Virus record (IMG/VR): IMGVR_UViG_3300023055_000005
DNA length: 64,000 bases
Direction: 5' to 3' (one strand)
Source of the DNA: a virus
Taxonomy: Duplodnaviria; Caudoviricetes
How positions within the stretch are numbered: position 1 is the stretch's first letter; the number at the start of each line of letters is the position of its first letter. Shown piece by piece: positions 55,465-64,000 of the stretch. The translations under genes were made by a program, and so were the position numbers. The notes under the pieces are model-generated. The model saw nothing but the letters and a program-made list of their open reading frames with translations, made no database searches and was not told where the DNA came from.

Positions 55465-56679
55465 ATGTCCGAATTCACGCATCACCAGAAAACCGTCATC
55501 GTCCAGGGTCTGTTGATCCTGTTGGAAGCAGAGCCGGCAGAGTTGCTGGAAGAAGTGCTGGCGCTCATCAGCTTCAAGGAAGGCGAGGTGACCGATCCGG
55601 AGCCGATCTGGATCCACGACATGTTCCTCGTGCGAAACAACGCGATCGAGCTGATCACCAAGTTCATGTCCGAGCGCGGACTGAGTCGGACGACCACGCC
55701 CGAGCGCATCCGCAATTCGACCCTCTATGGTCACCTGGCAGGTAAGAACGGTTTCTCCCTTTCCGTGCCCGCTGGACAGGAAATCAATGTCAAGCTCGAC
55801 CAGGACTCTGGTCCGATCGAACGGGACTTCCTGCTGCGCGCTGTTGTGCCGGGGTTCCGTGATGGTACGGTCGAGAGCGAGTTCGACATCACCCAGGACG
55901 TCCCCAATTACCTGATCTCCGGCGCGGTGCCGAGGGCGCCGAAAGTCGACCTGAATCACGGTATCACCACCTTCTCCATCGGTGATGGAATCCTGGCACG
56001 CATGCACCAGTCCGGCAAGTACGGTTACCAGCGTCTGGTCGATGCGAACACGCCCACGGAACTGCCCGCACAGTCCAACGACCAGCATATCTTCAACATC
56101 CTGTACCCGATGACGAAGATCAATACCACGATGGCGCTGCAGGGCGAAATCGAACGCTTCCTGTTCATCGATGACCAGACCCTGGGTAACAACGGTCCGC
56201 TGCTGTCGCGCGCCGGTATCCCGCGGCCGACCCGTACTGATGCCATCGAGTACATGGTGCATGCGCTGGCCACCAAGCTGCGTACCCGCATCGTCATCGA
56301 GAACTACGATCTGAAGTGGGAACGCCTGTCGGCCTACTGCCACTGCACCCGTGAAGTTCACCTGAAGTACAACGAAGAGACCAAGCGCTGGGTAGTCGGC
56401 CCGACCGTCACCTTCCACGACGACCCGACGCTGGAACTGACGCCCGACCGCGCAGCCAATCTGGTTCTGGACATGGCAAGCATCGAAGTAGCTCCGTACC
56501 CCCACGATCACCCGTTCATGGATCTGTCGTTGCGAGAAGTGCTGGCGGTGGCTAGCGTGGACGACAGTATCGGCGTGCTGGCCTGGGGTCCGCGTACCCT
56601 GAGCGAGCCCAACAGCGCCCTGCTGCGAAACTCCAGCGACACCATCTTGCGCAACCTCATCGAGCGCAGCCGCTTCTAA
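55465..56679 (+). CDS. Hypothetical protein (404 aa)
   Basis: Long open frame with biased codons. Confidence 0.75.
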   Translation: MSEFTHHQKTVIVQGLLILLEAEPAELLEEVLALISFKEGEVTDPEPIWIHDMFLVRNNAIELITKFMSERGLSRTTTPERIRNSTLYGHLAGKNGFSLSVPAGQEINVKLDQDSGPIERDFLLRAVVPGFRDGTVESEFDITQDVPNYLISGAVPRAPKVDLNHGITTFSIGDGILARMHQSGKYGYQRLVDANTPTELPAQSNDQHIFNILYPMTKINTTMALQGEIERFLFIDDQTLGNNGPLLSRAGIPRPTRTDAIEYMVHALATKLRTRIVIENYDLKWERLSAYCHCTREVHLKYNEETKRWVVGPTVTFHDDPTLELTPDRAANLVLDMASIEVAPYPHDHPFMDLSLREVLAVASVDDSIGVLAWGPRTLSEPNSALLRNSSDTILRNLIERSRF

Positions 56680-56701
56680 CTCAACGACCAAGGGATTCAC
56701 C

Positions 56702-57529
56702 ATGAACGCCGACAACAGCAACCAACCCATGTCCCCCAAGATCACAGCTGACGCGATGCATCTCACCATCGCCTCCAAGCTGTTCGAGCAGGTCTACAGC
56801 GTCAACGAGCTGGCCGGCAATGCACGCAAGCAGGGTCATCGCGCTGCCAAGCACCAGATGGATATCATCGATCTGGAAGTGGACGAACTGCGCGATGGCA
56901 TCGCCACCAACGACCTGCACGAAATCATCGACGGCGTCGGCGATGGCCTGTTCACCATCATTGGCCTGGCTGGTCGTTACGGCTTCGACGCTTCCGAAGT
57001 GCTGCGCCGGGTGAACGAGAGCCAGTTCTCCAAGTTCGACAAGAACACCGACGACCTGCTGGACACCCGTACCAAGTACACCCGCCTGGGCGTGGAAACC
57101 TTCTTCATCAAGAAGGAATACCAGGGCGAGACCGTCTACGTCACCAAGGTCACCGAAACCGTCACCGGCACCGACGGCAAGGTCTACCTGAAGGGCAAGT
57201 GGCTGAAGTCGGTCAACTTCAAGGAACCGCGCTTTGATGACATGATCGAGCAGATCATCAAGCAGGAACTGAAGCTGCGCTGCCCGGTCGAACCCAACGG
57301 TGCCTCCCCGGTCTCGGAATGGCCGGTCACGCTGAAGTCGTACCTGACCAAGCTGGACACCGAAAAGCAGCAGTACATGCTGCGCGAGGCCGGCTTCTTC
57401 CTCGGCGAAGAAGGGGTTATCATCGACCAGCTGGCCGAATGGGCTGCCGCCGAAGCTGCCGAAAAAGCCCGCGGTGAAAACGGTGTCTTCCTGAGCGAAG
57501 AACAGATGACGGAAGTGCCCAAGGTCTAA
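56702..57529 (+). CDS. MazG-like/PRA-PH all-alpha nucleotide pyrophosphohydrolase
   Basis: LEVDEL..EIIDGVGD..G..V.ESQFSKF pattern. Confidence 0.8.
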   Translation: MNADNSNQPMSPKITADAMHLTIASKLFEQVYSVNELAGNARKQGHRAAKHQMDIIDLEVDELRDGIATNDLHEIIDGVGDGLFTIIGLAGRYGFDASEVLRRVNESQFSKFDKNTDDLLDTRTKYTRLGVETFFIKKEYQGETVYVTKVTETVTGTDGKVYLKGKWLKSVNFKEPRFDDMIEQIIKQELKLRCPVEPNGASPVSEWPVTLKSYLTKLDTEKQQYMLREAGFFLGEEGVIIDQLAEWAAAEAAEKARGENGVFLSEEQMTEVPKV

Positions 57530-57536
57530 GGCGAAC

Positions 57537-57576
57537 GGCATAGAGGGAGAGCCCGCCAGCTCTCCCTCTAAATGTC
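57537..57576. terminator. Bidirectional hairpin with GGCATA flank
   Basis: tagagggagagc/gctctccctcta stem between convergent genes. Confidence 0.8.
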
Positions 57577-57769
57577 ACGCGACCAGACGGTCAATCGGCA
57601 CTTCATTGATGTAACGGTCCGCGTCGTCCCGCTTGGGGAAGCGCGCCAACATCGTACCGCTTTCGGTGTTGATCACATGGAAGGGATACTTGTCCCCTTC
57701 CACTTCTTTTACATGGGCCAGATCGGCGCGAGTCTTCTCCGCCGTCTGTACCTCCTTTTTGCCTTTCAT
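57575..57769 (-). CDS. Small protein (64 aa) on the opposite strand
   Basis: TAAGG SD before MKGKKEVQ; ends at the bidirectional hairpin. Confidence 0.6.
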   Translation of the reverse strand: MKGKKEVQTAEKTRADLAHVKEVEGDKYPFHVINTESGTMLARFPKRDDADRYINEVPIDRLVA

Positions 57770-57812
57770 TGCCTTAGCCTGGTTTGGTGGGGAGTGAAGG
57801 TGCGGAGTAAAC

Positions 57813-58517
57813 ATGAATACAACCCTCAATAACTATAGCCGTGAACGCGGTGATGTGGCAGCCAACCAGATGCTGCTCATGATCGTGGATCTGGTCCTGA
57901 CCCACGACGTTCCGGTCGAAGCGCGAGTGGATTACGGCAACATGCCGCCCACCGCTGATCCCTTCACCACGGAGCTTTTCTCCAACCCGACCATGCAAGG
58001 TGCTCTGGTTGTCCCGGAGCTGGTGACCTTCAAGAAGCCGCCGGCTGGTGCCGCAGCTGCTGAAGTGGACATGCTGCTGGAGAACAAGAACTTCAACGGT
58101 GGCAGCTACAAGATCCTGAAGGACGGCATCGAGCCCTTCTTCCGCAATGTGGCCTGGGGTTCGTTCACCTTCAACTTCGAACTGATCGAAGCCACGTTCA
58201 AGGAACGCAGCGAAGCCGATCAGCGCCAGATGATGGCCGAACTGACCATGGCGCTGCAGGTGTTCGTCCACAAGGAAAACTCCCCCGGCGATATCGAAGA
58301 AGGTGATCTGGTCGTCCTGCCCAAGGGCATCGGCGGCACCAAGATCCAGCACCCCATCCACGCCATCGTGAAGGAAGTGCTGAGCAAGCCGTTCCAGCCG
58401 CCGGGTTCGCCCGACCGTCACAACCTCGTGCTGCTGACCATGGATGCCCTGGGTCGGCCGTTCCTGATGTACTCCAACCGCAACCACGCCGAACTGGTGT
58501 TGAAAGGTAAGCGCTGA
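57813..58517 (+). CDS. Conserved hypothetical protein
   Basis: GGAG SD, strong codon bias. Confidence 0.75.
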   Translation: MNTTLNNYSRERGDVAANQMLLMIVDLVLTHDVPVEARVDYGNMPPTADPFTTELFSNPTMQGALVVPELVTFKKPPAGAAAAEVDMLLENKNFNGGSYKILKDGIEPFFRNVAWGSFTFNFELIEATFKERSEADQRQMMAELTMALQVFVHKENSPGDIEEGDLVVLPKGIGGTKIQHPIHAIVKEVLSKPFQPPGSPDRHNLVLLTMDALGRPFLMYSNRNHAELVLKGKR

Positions 58518-59014
58518 TGTACGGATTTGATCTGAGCACTGAACTGGCCGGTCACGCCGATCTGCAGATGTGGCAGGTCAAACAGTGGAAGGACGCAGGC
58601 ATTGCCCTGCCTACCTCCACCGCCATGACGCGTGAACGTGGCGAAGAACCTGTACCCGTCATCGCAGGCATCCGTGAAATCGGCCTGGTGCAGAAGAACG
58701 CCCCCGCTATCAAGGTCACCCTGATGGACGGCACCTCCTTCGTCTGTGGCGAGTCGCAGGAGTTCTACGATGGTGATCGCTGGGTCAAGCCCGGCGCTGG
58801 TATCGTACTGATGGCCTACGGTCGTCATGCAGGTGGCTCCCGCGACAGCTGGCCGGTGGAGATCGACTCGGTCACTGAAGGTCTGGTGGTCGACCTGTAT
58901 CAGCCCAGCATCTACGGCCGTGACAATGTCGTGCTGGCCAATCGACTGGTTGCTCGCCTGCCTCTGCCGGCTAACCTGAAGGGTGTGATTGCCGACCTTG
59001 CGGTGGGTGCGTGA
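58517..59014 (+). CDS. Stand-alone degenerate Hint (intein-like) fold protein
   Basis: IKVTLMDGTSFVCGESQEFYDGDRWV (block-B-like) and VEIDSV..DL..DNVVLANRLV (block-F/G-like). Confidence 0.5.
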   Translation: MYGFDLSTELAGHADLQMWQVKQWKDAGIALPTSTAMTRERGEEPVPVIAGIREIGLVQKNAPAIKVTLMDGTSFVCGESQEFYDGDRWVKPGAGIVLMAYGRHAGGSRDSWPVEIDSVTEGLVVDLYQPSIYGRDNVVLANRLVARLPLPANLKGVIADLAVGA

Positions 59015-59080
59015 GCGCCAGCTAATATATGACGCCGCAGTTTGCTGCGGCGGATTTTAGCCCTCAAGGAACCCCTTTCA

Positions 59081-60793
59081 ATGAAGACTCTGCAGCAGCG
59101 TGTTGCACGTGAGAAGCTGGAACAGGCAGTCGCCGACTCCGCCCAGCTGATCCACGTTGACCGCTCCGTCCGTCGTATCCTCCCGGCCATGGAGTCGGTG
59201 GGTGCACAGCTGAAGAAGAACGGCGGCAAGTCCCCGTTCCTGGCCATCGCCCTGCGCGCTGGCGCTCGTGAACTCCTGCCCCTGAACAAGGCACCGGCCA
59301 TGGAGTCCTTCGAGGACACCGAGGGTCTGCAGGGAGTCAGCGACGAGATCGTCGAACGCCTGAACGTGATGGGTCCGCAGGTCGCCGTGGAATCGGCCCG
59401 TGCCCAGAACCTGATCGCCGGCCTGAACTACCAGCTCACCACCGAATCGTTCGAAGAGGAAGTGGCCGAGGGTATCCCGGTCGACGAAGACGGCGACGAA
59501 GACGAAACGCTCTACGCCGACGACGGTGCTACCGAAGCCGATGCCGCTGCCGCTGCTGAAGAAGAAGCGGAACTGTCGGCGGCCGAGGACGAGACTGAAG
59601 TCTCCACCGAAGAGCTGATGGAAGAAGAAGAAGCCATCATCGAAACCGGCGAGCGTGAATCCGAAGCCGAAGCGGCCAACGACACCCTGAACGAATTCCA
59701 GGGCGCCGTGGAAACCGTCAACGAAGAAGGCGGCTTCGCTGATGAAGCTGCGGTGGAAGAAGCCGAAGTCGCGCTGGAAGCCATCGCTGCGATGTACAAC
59801 ACCCCGGCCGTCAAGCTGAGCTTCGAGAAGGCTGACAACGGCAAGCTGCTGGTGTCCACCGAAGCCATCGACCAGATGCGCGGCAACCTGGTGATCTCCC
59901 AGGAAAACATCGCCAAGCGTGCACTGGCTGCCCTGATCCGTCGTGACGTGGCGTTCTACAACGCCATCGAAACCGGTGCGTTCATGCTGGGCCGCCTGAT
60001 GAAGAAGGTCGCCGACACCCCGTCCCAGCGTCAGCCGCGCAAGGTCGAAGTCGTCGTCAACATGTCCTCGCTGCACCGCAACGGCGAACTGCCGACGGAC
60101 CTGGCCGGTCACCTGATCGGTTACGCCCAGCTGGCCGAATACGTCACCGGTCGTTTCGTGGACGTGGCCAAGGACGCCTACCAGACCAACATCGGCCTGG
60201 TCAGTGGCCTGAACCGCATCACCGACGTCGAGTTCCAGCGTCGCTGGGCTGGCCTGCCGTCCAAGTGGCGTGACCCGCGTTCTGCCCTGACCGAAGCGCA
60301 GATGCAGTACCCGATCCCGGGCGGTCGCCGCATGTTCGAGAACAAGTCCACGACCTACGACGGCACGGATCGTACGACCCAGTTCCTGGACAAGTACGCC
60401 AGCTTCAACATCCCCACCCGGATGTTCGAAGACTCCGACGGCACCCGCGTGGGTCGCATCCTCGTCCCGGTGCTGCCGCCGGAGAAGATCGGTGCGATCA
60501 CCCGTGCGTTCCTGAAGGTCGCGCAGGGCTTCAGTCGCAAGCGCTCGGCGATGGAATACCTGAAGACCTACGTCCTGGGTCCGGCCGGTGTTGCCATCTT
60601 CAACACCGCAGTGCATGCGCTGTCCACCCCGGGCTTCCAGGGTGACCGCGACCAGCGCTTCTACGTGAAACGTGCACTGAAGCTGAGCAGCGAGATGCGT
60701 TACCGCGTCACGACTGACAACATGCGGATGTTCAAGTTCATCCTGTACTCGTACAACGTGATGGCCCGCAAGATGCTCAAGCAGTACAGCTGA
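59081..60793 (+). CDS. Head/inner-body protein, gp93/gp162-family-like, with long acidic propeptide
   Basis: AMES/AVES/TTES/STEA sites and an E/A/D-rich linker; start at MKTLQQ. Confidence 0.7.
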   Translation: MKTLQQRVAREKLEQAVADSAQLIHVDRSVRRILPAMESVGAQLKKNGGKSPFLAIALRAGARELLPLNKAPAMESFEDTEGLQGVSDEIVERLNVMGPQVAVESARAQNLIAGLNYQLTTESFEEEVAEGIPVDEDGDEDETLYADDGATEADAAAAAEEEAELSAAEDETEVSTEELMEEEEAIIETGERESEAEAANDTLNEFQGAVETVNEEGGFADEAAVEEAEVALEAIAAMYNTPAVKLSFEKADNGKLLVSTEAIDQMRGNLVISQENIAKRALAALIRRDVAFYNAIETGAFMLGRLMKKVADTPSQRQPRKVEVVVNMSSLHRNGELPTDLAGHLIGYAQLAEYVTGRFVDVAKDAYQTNIGLVSGLNRITDVEFQRRWAGLPSKWRDPRSALTEAQMQYPIPGGRRMFENKSTTYDGTDRTTQFLDKYASFNIPTRMFEDSDGTRVGRILVPVLPPEKIGAITRAFLKVAQGFSRKRSAMEYLKTYVLGPAGVAIFNTAVHALSTPGFQGDRDQRFYVKRALKLSSEMRYRVTTDNMRMFKFILYSYNVMARKMLKQYS

Positions 60794-60802
60794 TTCGTCA
60801 GC

Positions 60803-60840
60803 GACATACGGAGGGGGCACTCGCCCCCTCCGCTATGCCG
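60803..60840. terminator. Hairpin with GACATA...TATGCC flanks
   Basis: cggagggggc/gccccctccg stem. Confidence 0.8.
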
Positions 60841-60907
60841 TAAACGTCCCCAATCTTATGGCAGGGGAGAACCCGCCATAATCGACAGACCCGATAGGAA
60901 CTCTGAC

Positions 60908-61177
60908 ATGGGGATGAACCACAAAGACCCCTTGGGTGATCTCGTGGAACAGCTGCGTCAATACCAGCAGTCGCCAATCACGGCGCTGAAGGCATTGCAG
61001 CCGGAGATCATCTACCTCGCCGAGGAAACACTTATCGACGGGGAGGGTCAACCCAACCGCGACGCCATTGCAATGCTTCGCAAGCATGGCTTCGACGTCG
61101 GTCCACATGCGACTGACAAAGGCGACTGGCTTCAAGGTGCAATCCAAACTCGTAATGGCTTGATCCTTTTCGGATGA
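60908..61177 (+). CDS. Conserved small phage protein
   Basis: GFDVG..DWLQGAIQTRNGLILFG C-terminal motif. Confidence 0.7.
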   Translation: MGMNHKDPLGDLVEQLRQYQQSPITALKALQPEIIYLAEETLIDGEGQPNRDAIAMLRKHGFDVGPHATDKGDWLQGAIQTRNGLILFG

Positions 61178-61187
61178 GGCTTGAGAT

Positions 61188-61307
61188 ATGGACGAAGTAA
61201 CCGAAGATAACAAAGATGTGTCCGAGGCGCTGCTACAGGCGCAGCACGAAGCGAATTGTAAGTTCGCTGACATGCTGACACATGCCCTTACGGGCGAATG
61301 TGGCTGA
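61188..61307 (+). CDS. Micropeptide (39 aa) missed by the track
   Basis: GAGG/GAG upstream; ends just before a hairpin. Confidence 0.4.
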   Translation: MDEVTEDNKDVSEALLQAQHEANCKFADMLTHALTGECG

Positions 61308-61314
61308 GCATTGG

Positions 61315-61344
61315 GGGAGGAGCTTCGGCTCTTCCCTTATGCCG
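61315..61344 (+). terminator. Hairpin (TTCG) followed by TATGCC
   Basis: gggaggagc/gctcttccc stem. Confidence 0.7.
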
Positions 61345-61357
61345 CATCCCAGCGTAT

Positions 61358-61382
61358 TTCAAACCTACACTATCGAACTGAG
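61358..61382 (+). promoter_or_regulatory. Phage promoter copy 8 (TACACTATC subtype)
   Basis: TTCAAACC-TACACT-ATCGAA-CTGAG. Confidence 0.65.
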
Positions 61383-61429
61383 TATTACCTAACGCATCAA
61401 TCCAATCTATTGTAACAGTGGAGAAAGAC

Positions 61430-61738
61430 GTGAATAAGCGTAGTGAAAACCAGAATGAAAACGTCACGGTCGCCCAGAAGAAGTTCGATGCTACCCGCGC
61501 GCTTCTGAGGGAAGGTCTTACCAACGGCCAAGTGTCAGGCACAATGATCGACACTATCTTCGAAGCCATCGAAAAGTACAAGATCGATGTGACCGAACCC
61601 CCGACCGACCGATCCGTAGTGAGGATTGCCTTCTGGGGCGTGGTCTTCTACTACGAGGTGCCGGCCGTAGATGCCTTGTACGAATCCGTGATACAGCACT
61701 GGCCGGAAGCTGCCCCGCAGCTGCAGGAGATCAAGTGA
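61430..61738 (+). CDS. Hypothetical protein
   Basis: GGAG SD before GTG 61430. Confidence 0.7.
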   Translation: MNKRSENQNENVTVAQKKFDATRALLREGLTNGQVSGTMIDTIFEAIEKYKIDVTEPPTDRSVVRIAFWGVVFYYEVPAVDALYESVIQHWPEAAPQLQEIK

Positions 61739-62259
61739 TGAACCCGCCCAAGATCAACTCGCACATCGGTACTGCGGGCTTTGTTATCGAAGGCCTGTAC
61801 AACTGGATCTTCGCCATGGGCGGCTCGCCCCATATCTGCATCGTCGCCGACTGGGAAGGCAATCAGCTTCCCGCCGATCTTCCCGTGCAGACCCAGCAGA
61901 TTGCTAACGATGACGATGACCGCATCATCGAACTGCCGACCATCATCCTGAACATCGGTGACAAGGCTACGCGCGGTCTGACCTTCTACCGCGGCAAAGA
62001 ATCCAAGAGCACCCACGATCCTGTCACCCACCTGCTGTTCTCTGCTCGCAGTAATGGCGTGCACTTCGATGCCACCATCGATGTCAACTCGATCCTGTCG
62101 GCGTTCATGCTGGAAGAATCTGGCAGGGGTATGTCGCTGGGCAACAACTCGGCACTGGAAGAGTACGTCTCCAAGCTGGTCTCGGGCACGTCCGCCGAAG
62201 CACCCGTTCCTGTCGCCCCCAAACCCACTGGTCGTCCGACTCTGTCGGTCGTCAAGTAA
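61738..62259 (+). CDS. sspB: ClpXP adaptor, stringent starvation protein B homolog
   Basis: LYNWI..PHI, IILNI..AT..L, FSAR..G, GRGMS and the C-terminal XB motif GRPTLSVVK. Confidence 0.85.
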   Translation: MNPPKINSHIGTAGFVIEGLYNWIFAMGGSPHICIVADWEGNQLPADLPVQTQQIANDDDDRIIELPTIILNIGDKATRGLTFYRGKESKSTHDPVTHLLFSARSNGVHFDATIDVNSILSAFMLEESGRGMSLGNNSALEEYVSKLVSGTSAEAPVPVAPKPTGRPTLSVVK

Positions 62260-62268
62260 GGAATCGCA

Positions 62269-62700
62269 ATGGACAGTCAATACGACTTCCGGCAAGTGAG
62301 TGACGTAGAGTTCCTCAACCTGATGGCAGAACGCGGCATCAACTCCATCCACCACGAAGACCGCGGGATGCTTGTCTACCTGCGTGAGTGCGATGAAGGT
62401 GATCGCTACAGCGAGGTGGAACTGCGTGCTGTGGTCTACCTCCCCACCGAACAGGTGGTGGGGCTGATCCTGATCGTGGCTGAAGTTGACTGGGGAATCT
62501 ACCTTGCGGACTTCGCTTTCCGCGATAACCACAACTCCCCCGAGCTGTTGCATGGCGTGGGTGATTTCATCCGCTCTGTGACGCCTCAGCATCGTCGTGT
62601 CTTTGCCGACTACGAACCGCACGAAAAGCCGATGTGGGATGAACTTCAGATCCCGAGTCTGGAAGACTTCCGCACCGGCGTCCAACGAACTCAGTGGTGA
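62269..62700 (+). CDS. Hypothetical protein
   Basis: TAAGGA SD. Confidence 0.7.
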   Translation: MDSQYDFRQVSDVEFLNLMAERGINSIHHEDRGMLVYLRECDEGDRYSEVELRAVVYLPTEQVVGLILIVAEVDWGIYLADFAFRDNHNSPELLHGVGDFIRSVTPQHRRVFADYEPHEKPMWDELQIPSLEDFRTGVQRTQW

Positions 62701-62703
62701 CTT

Positions 62704-63246
62704 ATGTTCAACCGTCCCCGCAATAACCGCACTGGACCAAATCCAGCCGAGCAGCGCTACAACTATCAGCGCGAAGCGTTCGACCGGACCAACAACCGGC
62801 CCAACCCTCCGCCACCGGCAGATCAGGATGATGATATCGAGGCGGCGTACAGGAAGTACAACTCCAAGCGTCCCGTCGCATCATCGGGGATGGAGGACGA
62901 AAACAAGGCCCGCTTTCTCTACAGCTTCCTGAAAGTGCAGGACGGCAAAATGGGGATGCTGTTCGATCGCGGCCTGGTGGTGCGCACTGCACATCCGACC
63001 ATCCTGCATCTGCCGGAGCACCTGCTCTGCAATGAGAAGGAAGCTGCTGCAGTGGCTATGTTGTTGCAGCGCCTGTGCGGGTTCTTTGTTGAACCCAGTC
63101 TGCCTCACGGGTACGGCCACACCAAAACGTTCTACGTGTACACCAATCAGTCCAGGTTGTTCAATGGGCGGGCTGGACACGCGCACCCCAACCCCTTTGC
63201 CATCATCCTGCCGGATGGATGGCTGACACGTCTCAAGAAGGCATGA
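62704..63246 (+). CDS. Hypothetical protein with disordered N/R/P-rich N-terminus
   Basis: Operon position; stop overlaps the dcd start. Confidence 0.7.
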   Translation: MFNRPRNNRTGPNPAEQRYNYQREAFDRTNNRPNPPPPADQDDDIEAAYRKYNSKRPVASSGMEDENKARFLYSFLKVQDGKMGMLFDRGLVVRTAHPTILHLPEHLLCNEKEAAAVAMLLQRLCGFFVEPSLPHGYGHTKTFYVYTNQSRLFNGRAGHAHPNPFAIILPDGWLTRLKKA

Positions 63247-64000
63247 ACATGGATCCACAAGTAATTGCAAGGGCGTGCCAGCACGGCATCCTCAACGACG
63301 TCGCCATCCGTGAACTGTGCACCATGCCGACCAAGCTCACCAACGAATGGCGTCCGATGATTGCCCCGTTCGAGCCGAGCCTGATCCGTACCGTGGGTAT
63401 CGCCGAAGAAGAGGTCAAGCGGATCTTCGACGAAGAGAACCGGCAGTTTGCCATCGACCCGAATCACGTCAGTCGCGAAGCGATCAAGCTCCGTAGCGGC
63501 GCACCTGGTTACCAGCAGCACAAGGTGATCTCCTACGGCACGACCAGCTACGGCTACGATGTGACGCTGGATGAAGTCGGCTTCAAGATCTTCTCCGGTC
63601 TGAACGTCACCGAGATCGACCCGATGGACTTCGACGAAGCCTGTCTGGTTGACGCCGTGGTCCGTGTCAATCCGAAGAACGGCCTGAAGTACATCTTGCT
63701 CCCGCCGCACAGCTACGGCCTGGGTGTGACGCGTGAGTACTTCTTCATGCCCCGTGACACCGTGTCGCTGTGCATCGGCAAGAGCACCTACGCTCGCGCT
63801 GGTGTGCTGATCAACGCCACGCCGATCGAGCCGGGCTTCGAAGGAAATGTGGTGATCGAAGTCGCTAACCTGACCCCGATCCCCGCACGTGTCTACCTGA
63901 ACTCCGGCATCGCCCAGTTCCTGTTCTTCCGTGGCGAGGAAGAGTGCGAAGTCAGCTACGCCGATCGCGGTGGCAAGTACCAAGGTCAGCGCGGCGTGCC
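63243..64000 (+). CDS. dcd: dCTP deaminase (partial, runs off the window)
   Basis: MIAPFEP, KVISYGTTSYGYDV, CIGKSTYAR.G, TPIEPGFEG, EGIAQ-like SGIAQFLFF, SYADRGGKYQGQRG; absent from the track because it has no stop in the window. Confidence 0.95.
   Translation, partial: MNMDPQVIARACQHGILNDVAIRELCTMPTKLTNEWRPMIAPFEPSLIRTVGIAEEEVKRIFDEENRQFAIDPNHVSREAIKLRSGAPGYQQHKVISYGTTSYGYDVTLDEVGFKIFSGLNVTEIDPMDFDEACLVDAVVRVNPKNGLKYILLPPHSYGLGVTREYFFMPRDTVSLCIGKSTYARAGVLINATPIEPGFEGNVVIEVANLTPIPARVYLNSGIAQFLFFRGEEECEVSYADRGGKYQGQRGV

Noticed and set aside
59450-59800. E/A/D-rich repeats in the 59081 protein as a repeat element
   Set aside because: This is the low-complexity acidic propeptide typical of phiKZ-like head proteins and is not a nucleotide repeat.
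1-64000. tRNA, tmRNA, rRNA or CRISPR array
   Set aside because: I found no cloverleaf with TTC/GG loops, no CCA-terminated acceptor stems and no regularly spaced direct repeats. This was a by-eye scan only.
1-64000. Chimallin, PhuZ, major capsid, terminase or integrase/transposase genes
   Set aside because: No recognisable motifs in this window; the nucleus-forming lifestyle is inferred only from the phiKZ-like gene set.

Overview
This 64 kb window comes from a GC-rich (about 60%, by eye) phiKZ-like jumbo phage (Chimalliviridae-type). It holds a conserved core block: a virion RNA polymerase beta-prime fragment (phiKZ gp80-like), the exonuclease/motif-A subunit of the split family B DNA polymerase (gp82-like), and a head, inner-body and baseplate module syntenic with about phiKZ gp84-gp101. 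It also encodes a dTTP-supply set (DHFR, Tmk, ThyA, MazG-like, Dcd), a modular endolysin, an overlapping i/o-spanin pair, SspB, and about 60 small accessory genes. Eight copies of a 25-nt phage promoter and about 20 hairpins flanked by a GGCATA...TATGCC motif organise transcription. The strongest new leads are: (1) a U-UUU-UUC -1 frameshift site joining the 568-aa gene to a downstream frame with no strong start, like lambda G/GT; (2) a roughly 270-nt multi-helix, pseudoknotted candidate ncRNA at 51.53-51.81 kb; (3) an early protein with two IF2 N-domain-like repeats; (4) early membrane micropeptides with Lys-rich tails; (5) a possible ClpXP-hijack circuit; (6) a stand-alone degenerate Hint-fold protein; (7) a nucleotide-sponge-like fusion. 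All homology calls come from motif recognition and synteny from memory. No searches or folding programs were run.
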